A DNA stretch of 53,727 nt from Salisapilia sapeloensis CBS 127946 (Eukaryota; Protista; Oomycota), in contig JAADVB010000120.1 of NCBI GenBank assembly GCA_023334545.1, forward strand, positions 1 through 53,727. The letters run 5' to 3'. The position numbers were made by a program, and so were the translations under genes. The notes under the pieces are model-generated. The model saw only the letters and a program-made list of their open reading frames with translations, did no database searches and was not told the origin of the DNA. Positions 26,201 through 34,896 of this stretch are shown here, piece by piece. Positions within the stretch are counted from its first letter, which is position 1; each line of letters opens with the position of its first letter.

Positions 26201-28593
26201 GCAAACCATCGAGTGCTCAGCTTTTTCATCAGCCGTTCACCAAACAAGGCAGCATTTTCGTTTGATAATTCGATAAACGTAAACTCCTCTCCGTCGTCAA
26301 ACATCATGGTAATGTCCGAGTACTGCTGTATGTTAAAGTGAATGCGTAGTGGATGGAAGTGAAGGGCTGCACGGTCATACACTTCTTCAGCACCAACGTA
26401 GCAAGTTGGCTCTCGCGTCGCGAGACACAGTAGCAAGCGCGAGAATTCGTAGAAACCTCGTGGATCCGATTGATCCCGCACTTGCATCACCAAGTCCGTA
26501 AGGTTATATCCGCTCGCAGTCGGATCTAGAGACTCTATGTAAAAGTGTTTCGTCGTAATTTTCTCGTAGAACGAAAGAGCTGTATGGACGCAAGCATCGC
26601 TGTAGGCACAGAACATGAACTTGTCGCCACATTGACTGCACGGATCATCATCATCTTCCTCGACAAAGTCAAAGTCCAGGTCCAAGTAGGACGGTTTAGG
26701 AATGTAGCGAAAGTCGGAAATGTCCAATGGCTTTGCTTCAAAGCGAATGTCTACATTGTGCTTGGAGAAAGAGATGGCTGCAGTGCTAATAGGATACACG
26801 TCATGAATGTCTGGGATGGCACTGACGTTAAGGAAATAAAGTTCTGTTGTGTACTCGATCGGACTTGCCACGTCGTTCACGTACTGCTCAACCTGGATTT
26901 CTAAACCCAATGACATGCTGTCTCCCTCTAACGTAGCCTTATGTGTCACGTTGGGAGTATCTATGAATGAGCCTTCATCAAAGTAGAAGACTTGGCTAGC
27001 AGCCGATACGTTATCCACAGACCAGTCAAACCCAAAGTCGTACGTTGGCTCTGAGCTATGCACTACTAGCTTCATTGGCTTATATCGAGGCACGAGCAAG
27101 TTACCGCGGTACGAGCCCTCTGTGACCGGACATTCATGGTCTGCAAAGCATCTCAGCATCGTGTCAATGTGTTTCTTCACTGCCCAAGCAGAGTGCAAAG
27201 TGTCATCTGTCGAGTTACCCTGGTAAGTATAGTCGTCCCCAGATGAGCCATCGGACGCAGAATCATTCCATGAACCAGATCCAGACAAGTTGTACGATTC
27301 TACGTATTCTTGATCATCTTCGTCCATGATCATGCCGTAGACCTCGGTCACCTCACTCAAGCATGAACGAATGGCTTGCGTAGTGTTATAAGTACTCCCG
27401 ACTCCGGACATGACAGTCGCATATAAATCCGTAGTTGGCACATGTCTGTCCAAGCAAGCGCCAAAAATATCGTACTTCACTTCCGGACAGCGTGCACATT
27501 TGTCTGACGGACGGAAGCTTTGCCACGGCATCCTTTCTTTAAAGAGCTTACGCTTTAGCTTCAGGTCGACCACGATCTCATTCGACGGCAGAAGCTCATC
27601 GGACGTTTCGTTCTGCCATAGGTACGGATAGGCCTTTACCTTGAAGAGCTTACTTCCGAAATTCGCTACGACAGTCGGGTAGAAAGTAGATCCGAGGCTG
27701 TAGCCACCATTAAGCGCAATATCGAGATTCAGATACACTTGGTCATTCAAATCTCCTGACGCAAACCTCTTCTTCTCGTTCCGAATGTCCTTGGCACCAG
27801 TAAAGTCTGGCAAGAGAGTGAACAGTTGCTTGAGACTCAGTTGCAGCTTGAGCTCCGTCACGTTCGACTCGAACGGATAGAACGTCCAAGTCGTGTAGTT
27901 GGAAGTCACGTTGACGCCTTGAGACTTTGCTAGAGGACCGAGCCAAGGATGTGAGCCAGCAATGAGTGGAGCCTTGTTTTCATCCGGCTGGAATACGTAG
28001 ACTTCTTCTTTCTCATCGAACCACGATCCGTTCTCCCCCTGACGCTTGTAGTATGAAGTTTCGCTCAAGTTTAACGAGTTCGAACCGACAGGAGGACGCG
28101 CCTCGAGACGATCTAATGTGAATGCGTCAAAATCTCCTTCCGCACCGTAGTCAGACTCGATGAAGCGCAGGTGGACGCACATAGAGTAGCCCCCACACGA
28201 ACCGAAGGCCGGGTCGTCTTCAACATTTGAAACACCGGCAGTGGCATTAAATTGGTATGAGCGCGTCGGCTTCGAATCGTTGTAAGCCACTTGCAGTGCT
28301 CCCAGAGCTTCTTCCGCCCAGAAGGAGTCTGTAAACGGCTCGACAAAAGTCACATAGTCGTCCAAACCTGCTTCACCGGAATCAGTAGTGCCTTCTGACG
28401 AACTGTTAGACACGGGTGCTGTTGTTTCCTCCGATGGCGGGTTCGTCTCTCCAGTGGCTGGTGGAGCTGTTGTTTCACCATCAGTCGCCTGGGCTGTCAC
28501 AGTTGATGCCATTTGTGTCAGTGGGTGCGTTAGCACTACCATGATCGCTACGAATGCTTGCATTCGTAGCTTTCCATGTTTATTTGTTCGCAT
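20257..28593 (-). CDS. Giant predicted secreted repeat protein (2778 aa), function unknown
   Basis: Single 8.3-kb open frame; first ATG is 28593 (the track start 28605 is TTG). Signal-like AFVAIMVVLTHPLTQMASTVTAQ, a Thr/Pro/Ser linker, ten Cys-patterned repeats and many NxS/T sequons; no C-terminal TM or GPI signal seen. Confidence 0.88.
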   Translation of the reverse strand: MRTNKHGKLRMQAFVAIMVVLTHPLTQMASTVTAQATDGETTAPPATGETNPPSEETTAPVSNSSSEGTTDSGEAGLDDYVTFVEPFTDSFWAEEALGALQVAYNDSKPTRSYQFNATAGVSNVEDDPAFGSCGGYSMCVHLRFIESDYGAEGDFDAFTLDRLEARPPVGSNSLNLSETSYYKRQGENGSWFDEKEEVYVFQPDENKAPLIAGSHPWLGPLAKSQGVNVTSNYTTWTFYPFESNVTELKLQLSLKQLFTLLPDFTGAKDIRNEKKRFASGDLNDQVYLNLDIALNGGYSLGSTFYPTVVANFGSKLFKVKAYPYLWQNETSDELLPSNEIVVDLKLKRKLFKERMPWQSFRPSDKCARCPEVKYDIFGACLDRHVPTTDLYATVMSGVGSTYNTTQAIRSCLSEVTEVYGMIMDEDDQEYVESYNLSGSGSWNDSASDGSSGDDYTYQGNSTDDTLHSAWAVKKHIDTMLRCFADHECPVTEGSYRGNLLVPRYKPMKLVVHSSEPTYDFGFDWSVDNVSAASQVFYFDEGSFIDTPNVTHKATLEGDSMSLGLEIQVEQYVNDVASPIEYTTELYFLNVSAIPDIHDVYPISTAAISFSKHNVDIRFEAKPLDISDFRYIPKPSYLDLDFDFVEEDDDDPCSQCGDKFMFCAYSDACVHTALSFYEKITTKHFYIESLDPTASGYNLTDLVMQVRDQSDPRGFYEFSRLLLCLATREPTCYVGAEEVYDRAALHFHPLRIHFNIQQYSDITMMFDDGEEFTFIELSNENAALFGERLMKKLSTRWFANDNVWMSIEQHNNYGDSNVYFVLNINGYLGPLPFHFSFSKGGEAHVEPWRLHLSSTQEEGELKYDRLVEIAYSILEMRKDVVGDAVDFGDFGSCTDCVASYVECATKESCKKAMGELSHLLGSPEGSIRSNDAVTRWNLLPAFDQLWGRTTFDEYMQVAKHFLCYALVEPTCKLDWYLNETHPTGLSFTPQGIQIELDINQTLHAASYDGTEFTHTVTYHTDAMGAFLRQVALHGLNDTNVDVWVDVVQEQGSDTRSIYRIHFVNSLGPIPEVWYENANGRVYAVVDQVRDLTLVAPYSSSMDIDISKLQHFLHGGLLENGRPNLLSGLCPGVESYLESCKQNDGCLEALRRYVTYLESIYYNKPLPVTSEGYYEVDLTWTLQNVSFSSSKDGFGVLSDLVMYLGQDSACTIPRDDMVDYTGARFVFEPTVYRLNVEENSNVNAYLTYNNGGVSDSAQLSYTFNSTSVDLFSNELEGFLRNYGSPASRTYVWTSYDSSSGNTTIVVENYAGPLPSITNMHGVGAIMMPYKLSIREHAEYSDGNLQWTAMASALIGMSQGYDGSMGYECESLRNYIETCASRPDCQSGARTHAELLKQIDVHSAYQNIDGYYAVNISWTFQALMDRLSNESYVQLLEMYTYADRHPSCLLSPWRDDQPSRIHLVPAKYTLYVSEGQMLELKYGLEGRDSARDPYRTFGAFYSYNARSLSEWLYNRLELEYQVSRHFYVEAAYQEESSELTILLHNYLGRLPTITNINTTDVASIKKWEAWIRISEADFGKYDMPETMMLQPLIERLSSLANGPMPTSSCSDCAERYNICLEDADCSNAWEDLRSKLNSSISDGSYKWMAEEGAVWDVTQLLQDVRMGTNDYYFKLLSNFVMCYTDDVSCRYIDGKTVVTNMNIMPAQVHVEAQVGQTLIIEAADGIMYELVMTDNVDDLRNKVYEATTMGAASELDLQAMSVGPNTNVTLTFYHYLGDVPKVWYDEANMNTPATTKAWQVHLIESMHSHPDATYDDFFMYLNGAIYKPAYDSGTQHGDPECHSCDYREDCAVNENCKDAALSLHYLMDIAVKSDDMMEAPSNFFMDFGWAFQTLHKRGLASELPPLASLFLCLHDQSVRCPDGRLGGGPDMAQYNILGYHPAQYHLYVSQGDSIYVSFDAYGVPFAEHPSFTYDNFMNTSLSDLSNRISDSLAYYTPNGKINVSVSYSFDTSYLSITLSEYIGPMPEIRNEASGIIAERSDIALTFEGVRSDSTTPIDWNDLSFMIAEMAQKHSMSMPRSTICDASASALKKCLSNGACDSVARSILQNSLPAEHVASGTIEYSFTSMITDWRSQYGSEAVDQFLGLLFNVMNNECTVNRAMDASTSVQMHATFEIPSAPLSTTFNMAYNGMMGSDLTFPESQSMLEGYLSNYITQDGAPVPYTIEEIAATDSGLTPTFRVSFSPPFELKLSFETSESVTFTTDISGSFMASGDSTSVDWMNLAEWFGLYSPVMPEYSGSGSGSYADGSSSPIDPHALCPDCAQLMEACTKDGSDPDCYNAGHTILSQYLSPADLNYEYAPEGFAVADLMERYATWDAQLINIPSFLKLLQCFSQYSCLVGTHYKEYANPFSISWATYITTDFSLHIPGSSETLDMTDVASGTSTENTFPQTEDEVNNLLQSLPQDKYKRIVSVSQPNPGGAIDIVFASNPNDIVTFQFGPEPPINPTIDAFLRSDSRDAINWNSLNQWFEVPPSNELSLFDQIPNEPEYIWDTTTTPECVDACASFRDRCLQSFDCKANVMDMLLPSLSPMDTSNPNLQFYSEASDGTSQTLYVTNVTTPVFDASRYQPIADLRLLSQPLFCLSALECNLNYDTDPTDTKSSLRYTASYWRLTIPDGETLEVSWDHRIEVHTENGFDVSALENFLINSFWFKGKFSVSGSALTTGESVYDIYISNTLLEQPTLSVSGTSGSVEITPYTFDIVSHIESMYWDRLIDFFNPV

Positions 28594-28656
28594 CTCCACG
28601 TGCAAACTCTCCGTAAGCTATCTCGAGGAAAGAAGTATGTCTTCGTGCCTTCAGTA

Positions 28657-28672
28657 GCAAATTAAGGAATGA
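28657..28672 (-). promoter_or_regulatory. Oomycete Inr+FPR core promoter of the giant repeat gene
   Basis: Minus strand reads TCATTCCTTAATTTGC, a close match to the YCATTYY-N-MWTTTNC type element, about 77 nt upstream of ATG 28593. Confidence 0.7.
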
Positions 28673-30014
28673 AGAGGGTCGTGGGATCTTACGCGTCCCT
28701 GTAGCGCGTCCGCTCAAGCAAAAGATTTCCAGATCTCATGCTTGAAACGACTTCGTGTCGTTCATTTCCAATCTCCATTCATTGTTCAAAAGGCGCAAGT
28801 CGTTACTAGTCATTAAAAGCTTGTGGTTTGTCTAACCAGGCACTCCTTAAGGTACTTGAAGCACAGTATAATCGACTTTTGGTCGCATGTAAAAAGATAT
28901 GGGATGAGCAAGAGCATTTTAAAATACTCTAAGCGATTTAGTAACCGTTTGCTGCTCCCATCTTTCTTTGACCAAAGGGTTGGTATTGTATCGTGGTTAT
29001 TCACGTTCTGTTTTAATAGAAGGTATTCCTCTATGGTTGCGTACTATAACGCATAGCTACGTGGAAATTCATTTGAGAAAGCGTATCATGTACTTCGATA
29101 GAAAGCAGAGACAAACTAAAAGATACATTCATAAAGAAGAATTCCTTTATTGTAGACCGACTACCTTCTTTTGATCCTATACTCCCTGCATATTTCGTTT
29201 CTTGGTATCGTTTTTCCATGTGACGATGTGCATGGGAAGAGTATTTATGCGTTTATCATCTTGTATAGTATGTCATCAGTCTGGAACCGCTAACGTCATG
29301 ACTGTCTTTGTATACCACCAAAATCAATCGGTCTATACCGACGCACCCATCGCTAGTTCATGCAATGCTCTTGAAAAATGATATCCAAGTACATCATCGT
29401 TAGCGCTATGATCCTTCTCCCGGATCAACATGATGCGTCGAAAACATATACATAAATATGGATTAAAGGTATACAACCGATGTTGGTGAGCATCATACCA
29501 TGGTCTTACTTAACACCACTACAGGGAGCATATACCGATTTGATCGTACCCTACGTGAGGCAATAAATTCCCTACACATCACTTTGGACTTACTTGTAGA
29601 GGTAACTGTGCATTCGAGTGATACTCGTCCTGACGTCAAGGCTTTTCCGAGGTAGGCTCGGATCTATTCTAGACAAGCAGTCGTCTCCGTTACTAAACAG
29701 TCTCTTTAGCTCGGCAGACCTTCCCATCTACTACTACAACGACGTTTATAAGTAAAAATAACTCTTGTACTTCTAGCACGTAGCTCTCAGAACATCGCGA
29801 ACGCGATCACAAATTACTTTATACGCCTCTTTGGAAGCTGGAAACGGCATCTATCGTAGTATCACTGTAGCGCTGTCATCAACTCCACCACTAGACCATG
29901 GATCTCCACTTCATCTACTATATTGCAAGCTGGAACAAGCCGCAAGCACATAAAAAAGATCTCTGCCAAGTTCCTTGCCCACAAGATCAAGTACAAAGTC
30001 CATGTCAACAAGGT

Positions 30015-31015
30015 TTATTCGCACGGCTCTTCTTTCGGTAGTTCCCTCAACAACGTCAACACTTGGTCCTTCACTGGCGTCACAAGCGTCCGATGATTTT
30101 TCCTATAACTCTTCATGACCATAATCTTCCTCGCTTCCTCCATGTTGGTCATACCTATTAAAACTAAAGAAAAGTGAACACCTCATCTTCCTTCCTACCT
30201 ACCTACTTCATACCTTTCAGTGGAATATAAGCATCCGTCGCTGCGTATCGAATCTGTTCTTGTGTCAGTTCATCTGCAGCCCAGTCCGAGACTTGCATAT
30301 CCTTGGAAATCGTTTTCTCAAGGAACAAAGCGCTCAAGTTCTTGAGCGACGGACGGACGCAACCCATCTTGCCTGCTAGTCCCAACGTGTCCATCGTCGA
30401 TGCCACGATCGGCGCGACGTCATGAAGCTGTCGAATGTCATCCTGGAGGCTGTGTCCGACCTTGATGACGTATGGAGCTTCCAGCAGCGCTTGGAGCAGC
30501 GGTGGCAATGGCTCCTTTGGTGCTAGACGGTAGAGAAAAGCCCGCTCGAGCGTTGACACTTGTACGAGAGCAATCGGATTCGATGGCCGATTACGCGAGT
30601 ACTCTGGCCGCGTCTCCGTATCGATCCCAAGGACACGTTGTCGCTCTAAGTAGGGCGCATGCACGTCCTCGTCTTCCTTGGACCGGATGACATCGATCGG
30701 ACCGTCGAATTGGACGAGCGGTAGCTCCTCCAGCTCCTGCACGGTATGCTGCCCAAAACGTTTATAAAGAGGCGAGTCGAAACGCAGGACCGGCCGATGC
30801 TTGGCTCGTTCCTGCCGCCTCTTTTTCGCTTGCTCGACATGTCGGAGCTCTCGCTCCGGGTCCTCATCCAACAGAGCCTGGTGGAGTTTATCCAGTGCCT
30901 CCATAGACCTCTTCCGAGAAAACTCGGCGATCTTGCGCTCTCGCCGTTGCTCTCTCGAGCCCCCAAAGCGCTCTCGCTTGGTCGCGAATGCTCGCCAGTG
31001 AATTCGACGGAGCAT
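30015..31015 (-). CDS. DEDDy 3'-5' exonuclease (WRN/EXD2-like), 313 aa, 2 exons
   Basis: Exons 31015-30214 and 30154-30015 (59-nt intron). ExoI GIDTETRP, ExoII VGHSLQDDIR, ExoIII SDWAADELTQEQIRYAATDAY. Inr-like TCATTCT at 31038-31032. Confidence 0.9.
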
Positions 31016-31204
31016 TATATTAGGAAAAGGAAGAATGAAAGGTGCTCAACGACTAGCTTGTTTTCAAATGGATTGGGAAAAACTTTAATGATAAGCGAAT
31101 ATGCTTCTCTCGACATACTCTAACAATTCTCGTCCGTCCAACACGTGCCTACATGAGTCTCGGTCCTACGATCGGTACCAAGTCCTTTTGCCTTTTGTCT
31201 GCTT

Positions 31205-31570
31205 TTAACCTTCCATTCGCATACGAGAAAACTCTTCATGCGAATACCAAATCCGGCGCTTGTAATCTGCATCAAAGGACGCGCGAGATGGAATCGTTAC
31301 GATATTCACGTCATCGTCGAAACTGATGCGGCGGTCTCCTGTCGACGCTCGATCGAGGAACTCATCATCCGAGTCCAGGAGCATATCCTCGACATCCGTG
31401 CCGTCACTCGAGTCAACAGTCGAAGTCCGTCCGCGCTTTTGCGTCGATGGGAAGCGAGGCTTGCTCATCGCTGCCTTCCATTGGACCATCGGCCCGTCGT
31501 CACAAGTCAAGTCGTCCGCGAGGTCAAAGTACTCATTGGCGCTCACGACGCTCGCGGTGCGTTGTCGCAT
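31205..31570 (-). CDS. 121-aa disordered protein with an RVxF-type PP1-docking motif (RRISF) and a C-terminal IWYSHEEF segment
   Basis: Open frame with an Inr-like CCATTTC at 31655-31649. RRISFDDDVNIVTIPSR...IWYSHEEF resembles, from memory, a stramenopile 'V.F...V.V..IP...WY...EF' family. Confidence 0.75.
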   Translation of the reverse strand: MRQRTASVVSANEYFDLADDLTCDDGPMVQWKAAMSKPRFPSTQKRGRTSTVDSSDGTDVEDMLLDSDDEFLDRASTGDRRISFDDDVNIVTIPSRASFDADYKRRIWYSHEEFSRMRMEG

Positions 31571-32200
31571 GCTCTAGTCCTCCAATTTGTTTATACTACT
31601 TTCGATCGTGATACGACGTTCACCACCGAGCTCTTGAGAGCCGAAGAGGAAATGGCCGGCAACCCAAACGTGGAACTTCACAATGTGACGGCACACGTAC
31701 GTTCGTGAAAAGGTGCAACGTAATGTCCGGCTACTAGCTCCTTCTTTCTACGTGTTACTATACTAAATTCAAAAGTGTTCGAACGTGGGAAATTGACCAG
31801 GACGAAACAGAAAATGGCTTCATCGACGCTCAAGAGGTTTCGTCCAAAATGGCTGCGTCTGCCTACGTTTCTTCTGCATCGCAAAACCATTGCTTTTGGT
31901 GTCGAAACGGATGGATTGTAGAAGGAAAAAGGGAGCGAGATATACGGAAGACTGGCGCATTTACTGGACGCGATCGAGCGCAAAGTTGCCAATGCTGACG
32001 CGAGCACGAATGCTTTCGATGGCGCAATGGCATTAGGGCAAGCAATTAAAATTTGTATGTCGCTACTTTGTCGATCCACCAGCTCATACAAAGTCGATGT
32101 TGCTTGAACACGAGTGTATAAACAGAACAAGGAAGGAAGGCATTTCCTTTCGTCTTCAACAGAAGGCTTCAACCCACTACTTCATCGTCACTACGGCCGT

Positions 32201-32472
32201 TCAAGCTGCGCCAGCTATCGTGCGTGCGGCGGTGGCTATCCTTCTTCCGATATTCTCATCATTGCAGCGAGTATCGTCCCTGTGGCGGTTGTCGTTTTCA
32301 AAGCGGTGAGTAGCTAGATACAAATGCATTAGTTTGTAAGTTGAAAGGTACTTTCAGTAAACCTACCCAAAGTAGTGGCCTCCATCAGGCTCTTGCTGTC
32401 CTCAACGCCGATCGGTACGATTGTGACCACCAGTGCTAGTAGCGCGAAAGGCACAAACGAAAGAAACTTCAT
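32201..32472 (-). CDS. Small secreted peptide precursor, 72 aa, 2 exons (not in the ORF track)
   Basis: Exons 32472-32367 and 32313-32201; 53-nt intron gtaggt...ctaat...tag. Product MKFLSFVPFALLALVVTIVPIGVEDSKSLMEATTLATHRFENDNRHRDDTRCNDENIGRRIATAARTIAGAA. Inr TCATTCC at 32523-32517. Confidence 0.62.
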
Positions 32473-32948
32473 ATTGGATTGGTAACTTGGAACCCTAGGT
32501 CAACATAGTAGACCATGGAATGAACAACGAGAGACCGGGAGCTCCATTGTGAAGACATTACCGATCCATATCCCTCAAAGGTTCAATCCTGAGGTCGCAA
32601 AAGGCACCCATATCATCTCGCAAACAGGAGTTTTCCGCTCGTTTATGATGGTCCGGACATTTCCGCCCAAGTAATCCTACATCTTTCTAGTCCGCCTATT
32701 TCGCATCAAGTCGCTGGTGCGGAAGAAGCCACTTGCCGATCGACGATCGCTATCCGTTGGACTCACCCATCCACTCGTTTTGTTACCCTCTTTCCCTCCC
32801 GTTCCATTCCACCGGCTTCAGCTTCAACGCTACATCGTCAAGGATGAACCTAATTACCTAATTGTAGTTTTTTTCGACGAATGCTCCTCGTCGTGCTTTG
32901 TCATGCCATTTTCACATCTACCGACTTGCCACGAGTACAGAACGCATC

Positions 32949-33065
32949 ATGCGCCCGCGAACGAAAAGCATTGTGAGCTACAACGAATACTTTGCTACGG
33001 ACAATACAAGCAAGTCCGCCCGCACCGAGATGCACCCCATCGCAGAAAGCGACGAAGAAGCATGA
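32949..33065 (+). CDS. 38-aa microprotein MRPRTKSIVSYNEYFATDNTSKSARTEMHPIAESDEEA (not in the ORF track)
   Basis: First ATG after an in-frame TAG at 32865; Inr-like CCATTTT at 32906-32912. The first 15 aa match the start of the 31570 gene (MRQRTASVVSANEYF) at 11 of 15 positions. Confidence 0.55.
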   Translation: MRPRTKSIVSYNEYFATDNTSKSARTEMHPIAESDEEA

Positions 33066-33557
33066 AACCGCTACATTTCGCCGATACAAAAGTCAAGACG
33101 AAACCCTCTGTACACTCTGCGCCCATATAAAATGGCTTCAATCAGAAGTCATGTAAAAGTAGTTGAATATAACACGATAAAGTGACTCTAAATCGACTTG
33201 CATTCGTTTCACATTCCTCAAGGACCTTTTAAATGAGCACAGTCGCTGCGGACACACGGCAATGGCCGGGAGTTTCACGAGGCATCCACAAGTGACGCTA
33301 AACGACTGGTCTGCAGTTGTCGTTTCCACATACCTATTTCCTTTCTTTAGAACCCCCCGTGCAACTGCCATAGAACCATAAAGGGACACACCATCCATAT
33401 TACATACATGAGACTATGAAAATCCCATGGCCAAGTCTCCTCCCTTGAAAAGCTCCGCACCATCCCATCCGACCAATCCATTTTTATCCAATCATACGGC
33501 TCGAAACTGGTGTATACAAAACTGAAGTGCATTTTCGAAACTGCAGTTACTGGCATC

Positions 33558-34268
33558 ATGAGCTCGGTACTCGTCATCTCTCTTATATCTCCTACAACGT
33601 TTCCACTGACATAACGACAGGAACGCGATCTGATTTACGTCCACGACGATGCTGGATACCCCACATCCCACTTTTTCGTTCCTCCACACTATGAGCCGTA
33701 TGTCGACTCGGTCCTGCTGCCTGCAGGCATGATCCGCGATCGAGTCGAGAAACTCGCTCATGACATTCTTGACGCCTACAAGGGCAAGACCATCCACCTC
33801 CTATGTGTACTCAAAGGTGGCAGTGCCTTCTTCCAAGACCTCTGCCACTACCTCCGTCTCATCCACCAGTACCGACAGGAGAGCCACATCCCATTCACCT
33901 TCGACTTTATCCGTGTCAAGAGCTACGAAGGAACACAATCCACTGGCAACGTCCAGATCTCCGGTGTCGATCTATCTACCTTTAAAGACAAGCACTTGCT
34001 GTTGATCGAAGACATCATTGACACGGGCATCACGATGACCAAGCTCCTGCCGACGCTCGAGCAGCATTCGCCTGCGAGTGTCCAAGTCGCTAGTCTATTA
34101 GAAAAAAGGAGTGCACAGAGCTGTGGCTACAAGGCAGACTTTGTTGGGTTCTCCATCCCCGACGCATTCGTCGTCGGCTACTGCCTTGACTACGACGAAG
34201 CGTTCCGTGACTTGGACCACATTGGCATCATTAATGCTGCCGGGATTGAGCATTTCAAAGAAAAATAA
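33558..34268 (+). CDS. HPRT: Hypoxanthine-guanine phosphoribosyltransferase, 218 aa, 2 exons
   Basis: 9-nt first exon 33558-33566, 54-nt intron, exon 33621-34268. Motifs LCVLKGGSAFF, FIRVKSYEG, PRPP-binding LLIEDIIDTGIT and FVVGYCLDYDEAFRDL. Confidence 0.96.
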
Positions 34269-34358
34269 AAAGAAAAGTTTATTACACTCACCAGGTCTAC
34301 GAAAAAGAAAAGAAAAGCGTACTGCATTCAGCAGGTCTAAGAAAAAGAAAAGAAATGT

Positions 34359-34715
34359 TTATTGTTTGGCTGCCCATTGGTCCGGTGTCATCGTCCGGAT
34401 CGTCAGGCCATGCATGTCCTTGATCTCGGCTTTGAGTACCTGTGTATGTTCTTAGTCACTATCGACAAAAGAGAGACTAGAAAGACGTACGTCGTTTACG
34501 AGACGATGCTGCTTGACGCGGCTCTGACCAACGAAATGCGGCGACGCGATTTCGACGTCAAACATGGCGCCGCAACCACCGGAAACGTCTTTGACGCTCA
34601 CGTGGATGGCTTCTAGTTTAGTCAGCAACGACTTTTGCATCGCTTCTTCACTCCCAGATGCAGTCGATAGCCATCGTCGACCGCTCCGTCCTACCTGCTT
34701 GACTTGTGCCCACAT
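34359..34715 (-). CDS. BOLA3: BolA-family protein, BOLA3-like, with a mitochondrial-type presequence, 101 aa, 2 exons
   Basis: Exons 34715-34491 and 34439-34359 (51-nt intron). VKDVSGGCGAMF (BOLA3 Cys), F.G..RVKQHRLVNDVLKAEIKDMHGLTIRT; Arg-rich N-terminus without acidic residues. Confidence 0.88.
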
Positions 34716-34896
34716 TCCGATTCGTGTATTGTATACAATGCCCTTCAAAAGTCACACACTGCTACCAAAACATCACCCACTGCCACTTATTCACCACTTC
34801 ATAACACGCAAACGTCACTATTTACCCTCCAAATGTTATACATTGCCATCTCAACTTCAAAGACAGATCCAGCAGCTCCTCCCCATCGCCCGGACC

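Noticed and set aside
29485-29655. Short frame GEHHTMVLLNTTTGSIYRFD, faintly like a Ulp1/C48 protease strand, downstream of a plus-strand Inr-like TCATTTC near 28762
   Set aside because: The catalytic HW is absent and I could not build a coherent gene model in 28.8-30.0 kb; left unassigned.
31678-32172. 164-aa minus-strand ORF
   Set aside because: No motifs; lies between the 3' end of the secreted-peptide gene and the promoter of the 121-aa gene; likely a chance ORF.
32717-33130. 137-aa plus-strand ORF
   Set aside because: GTG start, no motif; the overlapping 38-aa frame has better support.
34564-34896. 111-aa N-terminal extension of RIC1 in the ORF track
   Set aside because: Overlaps BOLA3 antisense and the shared promoter; the family-typical start MYF is at 34897.
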